From contig NC_042997.1 in the NCBI RefSeq assembly GCF_006345805.1, positions 106,268,001 to 106,332,000 on the forward strand: DNA of 64,000 bases. The letters run 5' to 3'. This stretch comes from Octopus sinensis (taxonomy: Eukaryota). Made by a program: the position numbers and the translations under genes. Under the pieces are notes generated by a model. That model made no database searches, was not told the DNA's origin, and worked only from the letters and a program-made list of their open reading frames with translations. Position 1 is the stretch's first letter. Each line of letters begins with the position of its first letter. Positions 49,031-61,700 of this stretch are shown here, piece by piece.

Positions 49031-50373
49031 TATATTTCATCTATAAAATGGGGCATTTGGGTGATGGGACCTGAATTTGTATATACTATTTGTTGATATT
49101 TTGCAATATAGCCTATAATCTCTTCTTACTTTTGGCACAGGGTCAGCAATTTTGTGGGGAGGGGGAAGTTGGTTACATTAACCCCAATGCTTACATGGTA
49201 CTTATTTTATCAACCCTGAAAGGATGAAAGGCAAAGTTAACCTCTGCAGTATTTGAACTCAGAACATAAAGCCGGAAGAAATGCTGCCAAGCATTTTGTC
49301 CCACATTCTAAAGTTTCTGCCAGCTCAGTAATTATTATAAAAGGTCATGATGGTTGTTGCATATAAATTTGGTGCTTGTCCACTTTTGCTCATGTAATAA
49401 TTTCAGTTTTGCCGTGTTTTGCTTTGCACCAAATATCAGTTTTGTCGTGTTTCGCTTTGCACTAAAACAAATTCACTTTTGCCCAACTTGGCTTGGGTGA
49501 AGTTACTACCAACGGCTGGCAGTTCAACATGTGGCTTATAACAGCTGTATATTCCCAGGAAAGTTTCCAAGCTCTTTCTAGAACATTTCATTTGTGACAC
49601 CTCTCATGGAATTTTGAACATTTCAGATTTCAGAACAAGGTTTATCAACTTTTACCACAGTAATTCTGTCAATCTATTCCAACAATAAAGAAGCAATCCA
49701 AGAACAATGAGACAAAACTTAACACAAAGCTAACCCTTTTGTTACCAAATTATGTTGATACACATTACCTTTATTTCAATTAATTTTGAAAATAATGAAT
49801 AATCTTTTAAAATAATTTTCTTTCTTTTAAGTTGGTAGCTGGAACATAAATTAACATAGAATTTTGATGGGTTATTTGAATTTAGTTGATTTTAAAACAA
49901 GAAGTTTGTATAATAGAATTAGTCTCCAGTGCGATGGGATCAAAAGGGTTGCTAGTCAATGGATGTAAGATGGCGAGCTGGCAGAATCGTTAGCATGCTG
50001 GACAAAATGCTTAGTGTCATCTTGTCCATCTTTACATTCTGTGTTCAAATTCTACTGAGTTTGATTTTCCCTTTCATCCCTTCAGGGTTGATAATATAAG
50101 TGCCAGTTGAATATTGAGGTTGATGAAATCGTCTTATCCCCTCCCTTGAAATCACTGACCATGTGCCAAAATTTGAAACTAATATTTACTGCATGAAGGA
50201 TGAAGTACCAGCTCAATGGCAAGAGTGTTGTTTAGCCCCTAAGTGAAGCCTGATTAGGTCTTACTATGGTTTTAAGCATTCCAACCAGTAGTGAGCAGGT
50301 CATCCCATCATATTTTCACACTGTGTATCTCGGATTATATTATCCAAAATATCTATGCTTTTTGAGAAGATAA

Positions 50374-50767
50374 GGCGTAGGAGTGGCTGTGTGGTAAGTA
50401 GCTTGTTTACCAACTACATGGTTCCGGGTTCAGTCCCACTGCGTGGCACCTTGGGCAAGTGTCTTCTACTATAGCCTCGGGTCGACCAAAGCCTTGTGAG
50501 TGGATTTGGTAGACGGAAACTGAAAGAAGCCCGTCGTATATATGTATATATATACATGTGTGTGTTTGTGTGTCTGTGTTTGTCCCCCTAGCATTGCTTG
50601 ACAACCGATGCTGGTGTGTTTATGTCTCTGTTACTTAGCGGTTCAGCAAAAGAGACCGATAGAATAAGTACTGGGCTTACAAAAGAATAAGTCCCGGGGT
50701 CGAGTTGCTTGATTAAAGGCGGTGCTCCAGCATGGCCGCAGTCAAGTGACTGAAACAAGTATAAGAG
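50374..50767 (+). mobile_element. SINE family A, near-consensus full-length copy
   Basis: GGCGTAGGAGTGGCTGTGTGG...GGTTCAGTCCC...GGCGGTGCTCCAGCATGGCCGCAGTCAAGTGACTGAAAC; CpGs retained. Confidence 0.92.
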
Positions 50768-51057
50768 AAAAGAGAAGAGAATAAGTTGAGATTTCAGATC
50801 AATTCATTTGTTATCTCTAGTAAGATTAGCGACCATCTCATTTGCTCTTTTCTTTTTCCTTTAATATTTATATTTGAATATTGTGTGAAGTAATGTCAGT
50901 GGTGTTGCAGTGAAAGAACTCAGAGATGTGGTAGCAATACGGGAATGGTGATAGTGGAATGAGGGTCCCGTTGTTGAAAAGACCTACCATAGTGTGTTTG
51001 CTTCATGTCTATACTCATCTTCGTTTTACACACACTTACACACACCCACACACATAC

Positions 51058-51115
<58 letters not shown>

Positions 51116-52189
51116 TCTCTTCCCCTGTATTTAAACTTTTATACATGTGTTTTTTGGTTTTTGTTTCTTTTTCACTTCCCTCATGTTCTTTCCTCACTTC
51201 ATTTTCCTTTTAATTTTTCCTTTTAAAACAATTAGTTTTGTGATTTGTTTATGGGCAGGGGTGGGTGTATGCATGTGCAAGTGGGTGACATGAATGGGAG
51301 TATGTGTATGTCTATGTAATTATTTGTAATTGTGTGCATGCATGTGTATGTGTGTGTAAATAAATACATTCAAATATCTATATGTCCTTCCAATTTTATG
51401 TATGAGTATGCACATACATATATATATATAAACACACAAATGAAACATATTTGTATGTGTGCATACATACACACATGCACTTAAACTCCTGTTTTTAAAG
51501 ATAGGTAATTTCCATCATTGTCATCACTTCCACCTTCACTACCACCATCGCCATCATCATCACCACCACCACCATCTAGGTTGAGTATTTTCTACTGTTT
51601 TACAAACACTGATGTTTCTGTGTGCCTGCCTATTTGTGTTAGTAAGGAAGAGAAAAAAAAAGGTAAATAAAATAAAAATACCATCAACCAGTTCAGTTCT
51701 GGTAGTCTAGTGTTTTCTCATATATTATTTGTTAATTGGTTGCTGCATGCTAACGAGATAGATTACACTGCAAATCAATGGGTGATGGGGAAACAAAAGA
51801 ATAATAAATATATAAAAGAGCAGCTGCTGCTGCAACAAGGAAAACTAAACTAAACAATCAGCAAAAATCAAGTAAATTTTTGCTTATGTTACCTTTTTTT
51901 TTCTTTTTTTTATGCAGCTATTTTTTTCTTTTTTTTTTGTAGAGAGATGGGTTTGATTGATTAAATCAATCAACATCCATTATTTTGCTGGTATTTAATG
52001 TATCGATGCTAGAAAGGTGACTCATTAAATCAACACTAGCTTTATTCGAAATCAAAAATACAGAGGCACAAATCTTCTGGCCCTTCACCACCACAACTCC
52101 CATCAACATGCATTTCTGTCAATTGTTGTTTATCCATGCAATGTCCTTTCATCTGTTGCCTTTGGCAGATGAAATTATTATTATTATCC

Positions 52190-52985
52190 GTTAGTATGCG
52201 GGACAAAATGCTACAAGGTCAACTTTGCCTTTCATCCTTTTGGGGTCGATAAATTAAGTACCAATGAAACATTGGGGTCAATGTAATTGACTAGTCCCCA
52301 TTCCCAAAATGTCAGGCCTTGTGCCTATAATAGAAATAATTATTATTATTATCGTTATTAAGGTAGCGAGCTGGTGAAATGTTTAGTGGTATTTCATCTG
52401 CCACTATGTTCTGAGTTCAAATTCCACCAGAGTCAACTTTGCCTTTCATCATTTCAGAGTTGACAAATTAAGTACCAGTGAAACATTGGGGTCAATGTAA
52501 TTGACTTGTCCCCTTTCCTAAAATTTCAGGCCTTGTGCCTATAATAGAAATAATTATTGTTATTAAGATAGCGAGCTGGTGAAATATTTAGTGGTATTTC
52601 ATTTGCCACTATGTTCTGAGTTCAAATTCCACCAGAGTCAACTTTGCCTTTCATCCTTTCAGGGTCGATAAATTAAGTACCAGTTGAGTACTAGGGTCAG
52701 TGTAATTAACTGTCTTCCTTCCTGCAAATTCCAGATCTTGTGCCTATAGTAGAAAGGATTATTATTAAGGCAACGAGCTGGCAGAATCGTTAGCATGCCA
52801 GGCAAAATGCTTAGCAGTATTTCATCTGTCTCTACATTCTGAATTCAAATTCTGCTGAGATTGACTTTACTTTCCATCCTTTTGGGGTTCATGAAATAAG
52901 TACCAGCCAAGTGCTGGGGGTCGATGTAATCAACTTGTCCCCCTCCCACACACTCACACAAATTTCAGGGCTTGTGCCTATAGTA
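52190..52985 (+). repeat. Head-to-tail array of four family-B SINE copies (core CTTTGCCTTTCATCCTTTCGGGGTCGATAAAT.AAGTACCAG)
   Basis: Units start near 52190, 52362, 52568 and 52769, each ending in an (ATT)n tail. Dispersed copies near 7850, 29190, 34710, 44120, 44690, 49100 (-), 49970, 57976, 59260 (-) and 62545. The core resembles conserved metazoan SINE central domains; exact domain name not verified. Confidence 0.88.
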
Positions 52986-54292
52986 GTACAATGAATCAGT
53001 CTTTGGAAGATCTATAAATTTGTGCATCAAAATGAATTTTCATGGGTCCCACTACTTTTTTCATTACCTTTCCCCTCTTTCATACATTACACTAGAGATT
53101 ATTACCTCTGGCAGCAAATTACGGCAAGTAACTTTTGCTTCTGATACATTTTATACTAATTTTTCCTATGAAAGTTTGTAGAAGAAATGTAAGGTCTCAT
53201 AGCTTTGCCTTTTATGTAAGGGTATAAAATATTATAGAATGTGTGTTATCTGCTAGCTTATAACCAAAATGATAACACCCACCAACACATACACTCTCTG
53301 TCTTTAATTAAGGACAAGGCACCAAAATGTTAGATTCTTCGCTCTTTCATAGCAATTAAACTTAAAGAATTCTCTTACAAACTTTCCTGTGAGTTTTGGA
53401 TTATTCTCATAATTTTTCTTTTGTTGACCACTAATACCTCTTCAGTGTCTTACATTTGTATAGTTTGTATAAAACAGAATTTTTTTGAGATTGCATTTTG
53501 TACATCTATTTTCTTCAATGACAGTGTCATTGCAACCTAACATTTGAAAATCTGATAAATCTCAAAATTTTTCTTGTTTCTTGATCATAATACAGCTATC
53601 ACCACAATTTGCAATATTCATTTTTTCCATTGTCTCACCTTCATATTGCTACAGTAATTGTTCTCATGCTAAAAATTCTCCCAGTTATTCCATGTACCAT
53701 TTATTAACAAAAGTGGTTTACTAACAGAAATGGTAATGCTTGTTAGTTGATATTTTCTTTTTATTCCTTTATATTTAGAATTTATATCAGCTGGTCTATT
53801 TTTAACCTTGTTGCTGTATTTCCTTTTTTCCAAAAAGGATTTCAATAACTTATCAAACATCTATGCACTGGGGATCAATTCTAGTGAATTTGACTATAAA
53901 TTTGTGGTCTATTTTTTTTAGCAGGTTACATTACTTAAGTGGCATGTACCAGACATGTTTAAAAGTTTTGCTGAAGGTTGTCAAGAGTGAGAGACTACTG
54001 ATGTGTGATATAGGGAAACAAGTTCAAAGTAGTTATGACTCTTTGGAAGTAGCACTGATGAGGAAAAGGGATTAAAGATCAGAAAGTCGATTGTTGATGT
54101 TGTTTACTCCTGCAGGTCAGCTCTGGTTGAGCTGACCTATGATCAAAGTTGTTCCAGCCATGATCATCCGGTTTTTCTGTATATAAAGGACTACATTATT
54201 CAATGTATCTTTCTTTATTTAAATCAGTAATTTGAAGAGGATTTAGCTACCATTTCTAGTAGGTCGCAACTTTGTTGGACTCCCTTGATTAA

Positions 54293-54665
54293 CCCTTTAG
54301 CATTCAGATTACTCTGTCAAATCATCATCATCATCATCATTTAACATCTTTTTTCCATGCAGGCATTGGTTGGATGGTTTGACTGAAACCTGGTAAGCTG
54401 GGGAGCTGCACCAGGTTCCAATCTGATTTGGCATGGTTTCTACAATTGGATAACCCTCCTAATGCCAACCACTCCAAGAGTGTAGTGGGTGCTTATTCAT
54501 TTACTTTGTTTTGAATTAATCATGCATTTTCTCACAGCTTTGAGATTTCATTGATGTGATTGTTTAATCTTATAATGATATTGCAGAGTAGGTTTGATAA
54601 GCTAGACATGGCCAGTTTGAACATGAAACAGATAGATTATCTGGGCCAGTTTAAATGTTAAAGGG
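54293..54665. mobile_element. piggyBac-type MITE interrupted by a minus-strand RTE 3' tail (about 54321-54492)
   Basis: TTAA|CCCTTTAGCATTCAGATTACTCTGTCAAA start, then (CAT)n plus RTE 3' UTR, then MITE body ending TTAAAGGG. Confidence 0.75.
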
Positions 54666-55103
54666 CTGAAGTATCCCAATAACCCTTGAGATAATAGCAG
54701 TGAGGGCCGTTGTTGGATAATTAGCCAGGTCAGACATGCTCTCTTTTGGAGCTATGACATGGGACTGCCATATATTTCCACTAGTTGGAGTAGATGTTGT
54801 AAGCTTCTACTAGAATTGAACTTTTGCTCATACTCATTTCACATATATACTTTTGCTGATATTTTATTTTTGTGTATTTTTTATAAATATTTTTTTTGCA
54901 TGTTTTATTGAAACATTCCTGTGATGATTCATCTAGAGTGATAACACAACATAAGATGCTCACAAACAATGAATTAAAATTATTTATAATTATTCTAATA
55001 TTTAAAATTATTTATAATAAATAACAATGTTGATGATAACAGTAATCTATTATGTGACTTATATTTAGTTTGTGCTTACAAATCGAAATAATTTTCTTTG
55101 CAG

Positions 55104-55193
55104 ACTGCACTTCATTGGGCAGCAAAACATGGCAAACCAGATGTTGTTAAATTATTGTGTGGAAAGCCTGGTGTTAACGTGGACCAAAAAACA
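55104..55193 (+). CDS. SOWAH: Internal coding exon, 90 nt: TALHWAAKHGKPDVVKLLCGKPGVNVDQKT (ankyrin repeat core)
   Basis: Acceptor attttctttgcag ending 55103; donor GTAAGTAT at 55194; textbook ankyrin TALHxAAxxG...VVKLL...G..VN pattern. Confidence 0.93.
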
Positions 55194-55296
55194 GTAAGTA
55201 TTGTTTTGTTTTGATTATGTTTAATGAGAAATATTGCATGTGGACTAAAAACATAGACATAGCTGCATAATAGTCCTTGTGGAGAAATTGCGATAT

Positions 55297-55329
<33 letters not shown>

Positions 55330-56151
55330 GCATGCATTTTGTGGAATATTATTGGAGAGTTATATAATAACTCATTTGTGATACACTCCAATAAACATCC
55401 CTGATACGAATATGCATGGAATGGCAGCCCAGAGGAAAACTTTGTTGACCAGCTCTGTATGGGCATGAGATGTTGGTGTGCTGACCTCATGCTCTTATGC
55501 AGGATCATGAAGGATCATGAAGTTAGGCCAATCCAAGCAAGCTCAGCTTACTTTCCCACAATCCTCAGTTATCTGAAAAATATCATGTTTCACATTTTAC
55601 TTTTTCGTGCTGGTGCAGACTATATTTGTAAACTATTCTCACTCTTGTTTTACATTGGAGAAATATGGCTGTCAGGCTAATTCGTTATATTCACTTTAAT
55701 GAAATTCCTGAATAACACAAAATGTTGTGGAACCTTTCATATTCTTCTATATAAATCATGCCCATGGGTATTTATGTCAATCTTTTCAATACTCTTTAAC
55801 ACTATGATTTAATAGCACTGCTAACACAGTAGAACACAGTATTGACTTATAAAAGCTTTAAATGTACTTTGTAATATATTATGGTTGCATAATGAAATGC
55901 AGTTCTCATACAGGTCATTAATAAGTGATATGATACAAAACTGAACAAATTTGATACGATACGAAACTGAACAAATTTGATCCTTTTCATATATGACTGG
56001 TGAATCAGCTGAAGCCAGTGCATCACTGTTCACACATACAAGTCTACAGGTGGTAGACTCTGCTTGCATATTTCAAGTCAGCAAGTCATTTTCTGATACA
56101 TTTGGTGTCTCAGTTGACACTTCTCAATTTGTTATATTATCATCATTGTTT

Positions 56152-56259
56152 TACTCTTTTATTTGTTTCAGTCATTTGACTGTGGCCATGCTGGAGCACC
56201 GCCTTTAGTCAAGCAAATCGACCCCAGGACTTATTGGGGGGACAAACACACAAACACAT

Positions 56260-56322
<63 letters not shown>

Positions 56323-56488
56323 TATATACGACTGGCTTCTTTGAGTTTCCCTCCACCAAATCCACTTACAAGACTTTGGTCGGCCCGAGGCTATAGTAAA
56401 AGACACTTGCCCAAGGTGCCATGCAGTGGGATTGAACCCGGAACCATGTAGTTGGTAAGCAAGCTACTTACCACACAGCCACTCCTAC
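56152..56488 (-). mobile_element. SINE family A with internal deletion
   Basis: Reverse complement of the 50374 copy, lacking part of the 3' body. Confidence 0.9.
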
Positions 56489-58584
56489 TGTCTACTGTTT
56501 TTTTGCTTGTATGAGTTGTACAGAAGGTTGGAAAGGAAATGGTATTCATTTACAACAATCATGCGACATCAAGACAAGGTGATACAGACATAGACACACT
56601 TATATGGAAGTGCACACAATGGGATTCTTTCAGTTTCCATCTACCAAATCCACTCACAAGACTTTGGTCAATCCAGGGCTATTGTAGAAGACACCTCTTG
56701 TACAAGGTGCTGTGCAGTCGGACTGAGCTCCAAACTATGTAACTGTTGATCCATGTGCTGTTATATTTGCTGTATATTATGCACTGTTGTTATCGGTATA
56801 TCTGGAGTTAGTAGGCCTCAGCTTACAGATGTGGTGGCACTACTGCCATGCCTGCAGTTATTGTTTTCAATGCTGATTCATCAGGAATTGTGAGCTAGTA
56901 CTGATACATCTGCTGACACATATATAGCCGTTTATCACTTCTCTCAAATTGGTACCATTATTAAACTAAACCTGTCGCCACTACCACCACCACTGCTTCT
57001 TTCTTTGCTTTGTGTTCCAACCACCCAACAACGACAATGGAGAAAATTATGTTAAGTACACAGATTACTGTAGTCTTTATGTTAGAATCTGAACTACCAC
57101 AGAAGAGTTCACGCACTTGTGTATGTATGTGTATATATGTATATACTGTTTGTGCATGTACATGTTATAGGTGCATATGTATGTGTTGTTTGTGTATTTC
57201 TGCTTGTATTGAAGAAGAGCAGAGAAGAATAAAGCTTTTTACATAAGTTGTGTAAACATTAAATTAACTACTTTATATAAAAACCAACATTAATAACAAA
57301 TGCTGCATCAATAACAACAATAGAAAGACTTACTCAGATTAAAAAAGAAAAAAAAATAAGAGTAAAATACTGCTAAGTGATAAATAAATAATGAGATAAA
57401 GTTCTGAGTTTAGAGATAAGCAATGCAAACCAAATTTATCTTATTTCAACATTCAAAAAGTCGTTTTTGCTTTCACAACAGAACTTATTTTCCTGAATTG
57501 ATTTTCAAAATATATATGTTACTTTTTAAATAAATAAAGATGCAGCATGCATTTATTTATCTCTGTTACCCATGCTTTCATAATGTCATTGTATTTAAAA
57601 CCACCTGCTCTTCACTCTTCTCTCTCATCTGCATCCATCAGGATACTCAGCCATGTTTGTTTACCCATAAACAGGCAGCAGGAGTAGGAAGAGGAATAAT
57701 TTGTGCTGTAAGCAATGGCAGCACTAAGGAATCATGCAGTACTGAGTTCAGTTCTTCTTCTATCAGAAAAATGTTATCTATGAAAGGCCAACATCTTACC
57801 CATAGAAGAATTACCCCTCCGTTTAATGTTACAGAAGCAGACACGGCTTCTGTGGTTATAAGTTTGCATTGCAACCGCATGGATCTGGGTTCATACCCAT
57901 TGTGTCTTCTGCTATAGCTTCAGGCCTACCAGTAATTTGCAAGTGAATTTACTTAACAGAAACTATATGGATATAGGCGGCAAGCTGGCAGAAATGTTAG
58001 CATGCTGCTGTAATATTTAGTGGTATTTCGTCTGCCGCCACATTCTGAGTTCAAATTCCGCCGAGGTCAACTTTGCCTTTCATCCTTTCGGGGTCAATAA
58101 ATTAAGTACCAGTTATGCTCTGGGGTTGACGTAATCAACTTAATTCCTTTGTCTGTCCTTGTTTGTCCCCTCTATGTTTAGCCCCTTGTGGGCAATAAAG
58201 AAATAAAAAACTATATGGTTATGCATGTCTCATGCATACAGACACACATATGAGTGTGTGTGTATCACGTATAAAGCACCCAGCACAGTCTATAAAATGG
58301 TTGGCATTAGGAAGAGCATTCAGACATAGAAACAAAGCCAAATCAGACTAGAACCTGGCACAGCTCTCTGACTTGCCAGCTCAGATCTATCTGTTCAACC
58401 CATGTCAGCATGGAAAATGGATGTTAAAGGATGATGATGATATATATATTTGCAACTACAATATTTTATATTTTATTTCTACTTCCATTCTCTTATTTCC
58501 CTCTATATTCCCTATCTCCTCCTTTTCCATAATAATTCCTTACTTCAAACTCAAATATTTACCTCTGTTTAATCATCTCACATC

Positions 58585-58632
58585 GTCTCTGATGAAGGGA
58601 TATTCCTAATATCCCAGAAACAGCTGTAAGAC
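58585..58632 (+). ncRNA. Minimal type I hammerhead ribozyme motif, sense to the host pre-mRNA
   Basis: GTCT-CTGATGA-A-GGGATATT-cct-AATATCCC-A-GAAAC-agct-GTA-AGAC. Intact core, perfect 8-bp stem II, stem I GTCT/AGAC, palindromic stem III ACAGCTGT; predicted cut after 58628. The element (about 58450-58710) is bounded by (TA)n. Confidence 0.7.
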
Positions 58633-58705
58633 TATATCTATATCTTTTTTCCTTATAAATGTCCTGAAAACTCCTCACAGCCTTGGCTTTGTTATCTCAT
58701 TTTGT

Positions 58706-58749
<44 letters not shown>

Positions 58750-61700
58750 GTAAGAGCCAGGAATTGAAGTGTAGGAAGAAAGTTAGCTTCGAACAATTCT
58801 GCCCACTATAGAACATATGTAACCCGGATCTTACATACTCCATTCTGTAACTCTTGTATATACATATATGAATATATATGTATGTATGTATGGTGTGTTC
58901 ATTTGTGCACAAATATTGACATTCTACAGCATCGCCAAGTAAAACAGTGATTATATTTCCTTTCCTTGTTGACAGTAAGAGTGGTCAGTTTGTGTTTTCG
59001 AAGAACTGTGGAATAAAAATAAAATCCCTAAGCTGAAAAAGAAAATGTCACATAAGGTCCATCAGCAGGAAGAACATTCAGTCATAAAAATCCCTGCCTC
59101 AAATATGTCCTCATCCAAAGTTGCATGCTAATATGCAAAATGGACATTGAGCACACAAATAAATGAAAGTTATGGATAAGTACTTATCTTACGAACTATT
59201 TTGATTTATTAAAAAGATTAGTTATTAGCAGTATTGTTTCTTCTGACATAAATAATAATAATAAACCTTTGTACTATAGGTGTAAGGCCTGAAATTTTTT
59301 GGCAGAGGACTAATTGATTGCATCAACTCCAGTGCTCATCTAATACATATTTTATTGACCCCCAAAAAGATGAAAGGCAAAGTCGACCTTGACAGATTCT
59401 GGACTCCAAGGTCAACTTTGCCTTTCATCCTTTTGGGGTCAAATAATGACGATGTGGATGAAGTACTGTATGAGGTTATGATCAAGGATCACTGATCAGA
59501 TAATGAGTTGAAGCTTTACTGTAGTTATTGTATGGTACTGCAGAGTAAAGCAAGCAATCCCCCTTAATTGCCTCAGCCTGTTTAGCTGACAAACAGGTTC
59601 CACACTTGTTTTACCTACCTCTACATCAATGAATTTTGTCAAACACATGCAAGTATAGAATTATAGCTATCAAAACAATGCTACTCATTTTATTGGATCC
59701 AGAGATATGAAAAGCTAAGTCAATGCAGGCAGAATTTGAATTCAGTACAGGGTGTATGAAGCAAGATAACATAAGCAACTTCTTTAGATCTCTACCATTT
59801 CTGACCATCTTGAACTAACAGAGAAGCCTCTAATGTAGTCAACCAACTTGCTAGAAATAGCAGCCAAATGTAATACATATTACAACACTCTTCTATCTAT
59901 CTGAATAATGTTGTCCTAGCTATACAATACACAGAGAAAAAAATATATATTGATGGGGATTACAGCTGGAATGCCTTTAATTATTATTGTGTAGTACCAG
60001 GGCTGACCTGAGGCTAAACAGTCACAACAATAACAGCACTACTCATCAAGCTTTATCAAAGTAAAAGAAATGAAAAAAAAAATAATAATATTGATTTCTG
60101 TCTAAGCTCCACTGAGAATTGCATACTACAATGTATTTGTTGATTCTCATAATGCATTAGAAAAAGAAAAAAAAACACTAACTAACTAAATAAATAAATT
60201 ATAAGGATTTCCAACTATTGCCAAACCTTTCTTTGGTTTGCCTCTGGAGAAATCTGCCGACTCACAATTTGCTAAGATTGTAATTATCTCAACCACAACA
60301 AAGAAAATGAAGAGGAGGAAAAAAAAAATCAAAAAAAACAAAAATCTAAAAGTGACTCTTGTTTCTTTTTTGTTACCTCATTTATTTGGGAGAGAAAACC
60401 TCAAACATTATTCATATTTTAGTATATCACCGAGTGCAGGCAGATATTTTCTTGTCTGTAATTGCTATAATTACAAGTTACAGTTTGTTAGTTTAGCGGT
60501 ACAGCAAAACTTCACCATTTAATTATTCATTCGTTTCCATTCAAAAACCTCCTGGCTTGCATCTTTTCATCAGTTCCATTAACTACTCACACAAAATATC
60601 CTGGTTCCCACTATTCGCCAAAGATATGGCTAACTGCTCTATAATAATATCATTATGTTATCAGGATTTACTAGACACATTTCTCCCCTGCTCTCTCTCC
60701 ATGCAAGTCACATTGGTAACTACTTGTAGAAAGCCTTTTTCTCTCCCTCTACCCCTATCATAATTTCTTGGAATGTTAAATATTTTACAACTGTTATGAT
60801 TATGTATTTATCCCAAAGCTTATCATCTTACTAACACAGTTACTCAATAACAGTGACAACAGCAATGACAATCTGACATATCATTTACTATTAAAGATAG
60901 ATGCTGTTTGTTTTGGTTCCACGTGTAATCTTTGATTCAATTCTTTCTGCTCTTTCTTAATCACCACTTTTCATGTGGTATTTCATTCCAAACTTGCTTC
61001 AGCTTCTGGCAACAAATCAGTTTGTCTCTTAAACATTACAGTAAATTAATCAGTAAACCTTATTGAATGTCATAAATACATAATATCTCTTACATGTCTG
61101 CTCAAAAGGTTTCTTCCACTGCAGTGTTTTAAAAACAGATGTCTTCTCTATCACTAACCGCTTAATTGTAAAATCATCAGTGTAATTTTTTTATTCTTTT
61201 TTTTAATAATTTTTGTTTTCTTAGTGAATAAAACAATAGATTACCAGCTGGCTCAGAGTACATGGCATCATATCTTATTATTGGAGTGGTGTGGTGTGTT
61301 ATTTAAGCAAAATTTTATCTCTCTAGAATAGACACAAAATGTTTATTGTGATGGCGATTATGATAATCTTAATGTGAATGATGATTGTAAGAGAGGGTTG
61401 AAAGCATGTAGCCTGGTGGTTAGGATGTTGGGCTCACAATCATAATGTGATGGATTCAGTTTCTGGATCCAGTAGTGTATTGTATCCTTGAAAAATACAC
61501 TTCCTTTGATGTTATTCTATTCTGTTGAACTGAAGTTTAATACCAGCTTTGTGCTAGTGCAGCTCTTTCTCCTCCAGCTGTCACATTTCTTATGTTCCAC
61601 TGGATCAAAGTGTGGGAAAGCTGAGACAGTGTCTGGGTCTGCCAACAACTGCATAGATACCCAAAACAATAAGCAAAAGCCTGTCTGTGATGGCTACAGT

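Larger units (their letters stand above)
320..55193 (+). other. SOWAH: Partial span of a multi-exon SOWAH-family (sosondowah) ankyrin-repeat gene; start and end lie outside the window
   Basis: Seven phase-0 exons with canonical YAG/GTAAG sites splice into one open frame. The peptide FVTLSDEQKVWM...LLSKNPSLAKERSFINGYTALHWAAKHG matches the SOWAH signature as I recall it (W-x-rich helix, then LL-x-x-P/R-x-LA-x-x-RDF-x-x-G[FY]TALHWAAKHG). Family assignment is from memory, not a search. Confidence 0.88.

Noticed and set aside
53669-53860. Lys-rich 63-aa minus-strand ORF with coding-like look
   Set aside because: No recognisable motif or splice signals; A-rich composition explains it.
55924-55982. 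Short tandem duplications (also near 2733, 12479 and 24479)
   Set aside because: Ordinary 20-32-bp slippage duplications with no further structure.
56860-56890. Minus-strand CTGATGA...GAAA as another hammerhead
   Set aside because: No stem II pairing and no stem III or NUH arrangement. Other CTGATGA hits (4648, 42447, 43499, 60565) fail the same test.
58930-58938. CAG-CATCGCCAA-GTAAAA, a possible 9-nt exon
   Set aside because: Weak donor and the peptide HRQ does not match the expected ankyrin continuation.
59751-59753. ACAG-GGT-GTATGA, a possible Gly microexon after the ankyrin exon
   Set aside because: It lies at the edge of a reversed SINE-B remnant, has a competing AG 5 nt upstream, no pyrimidine tract and a weaker donor.
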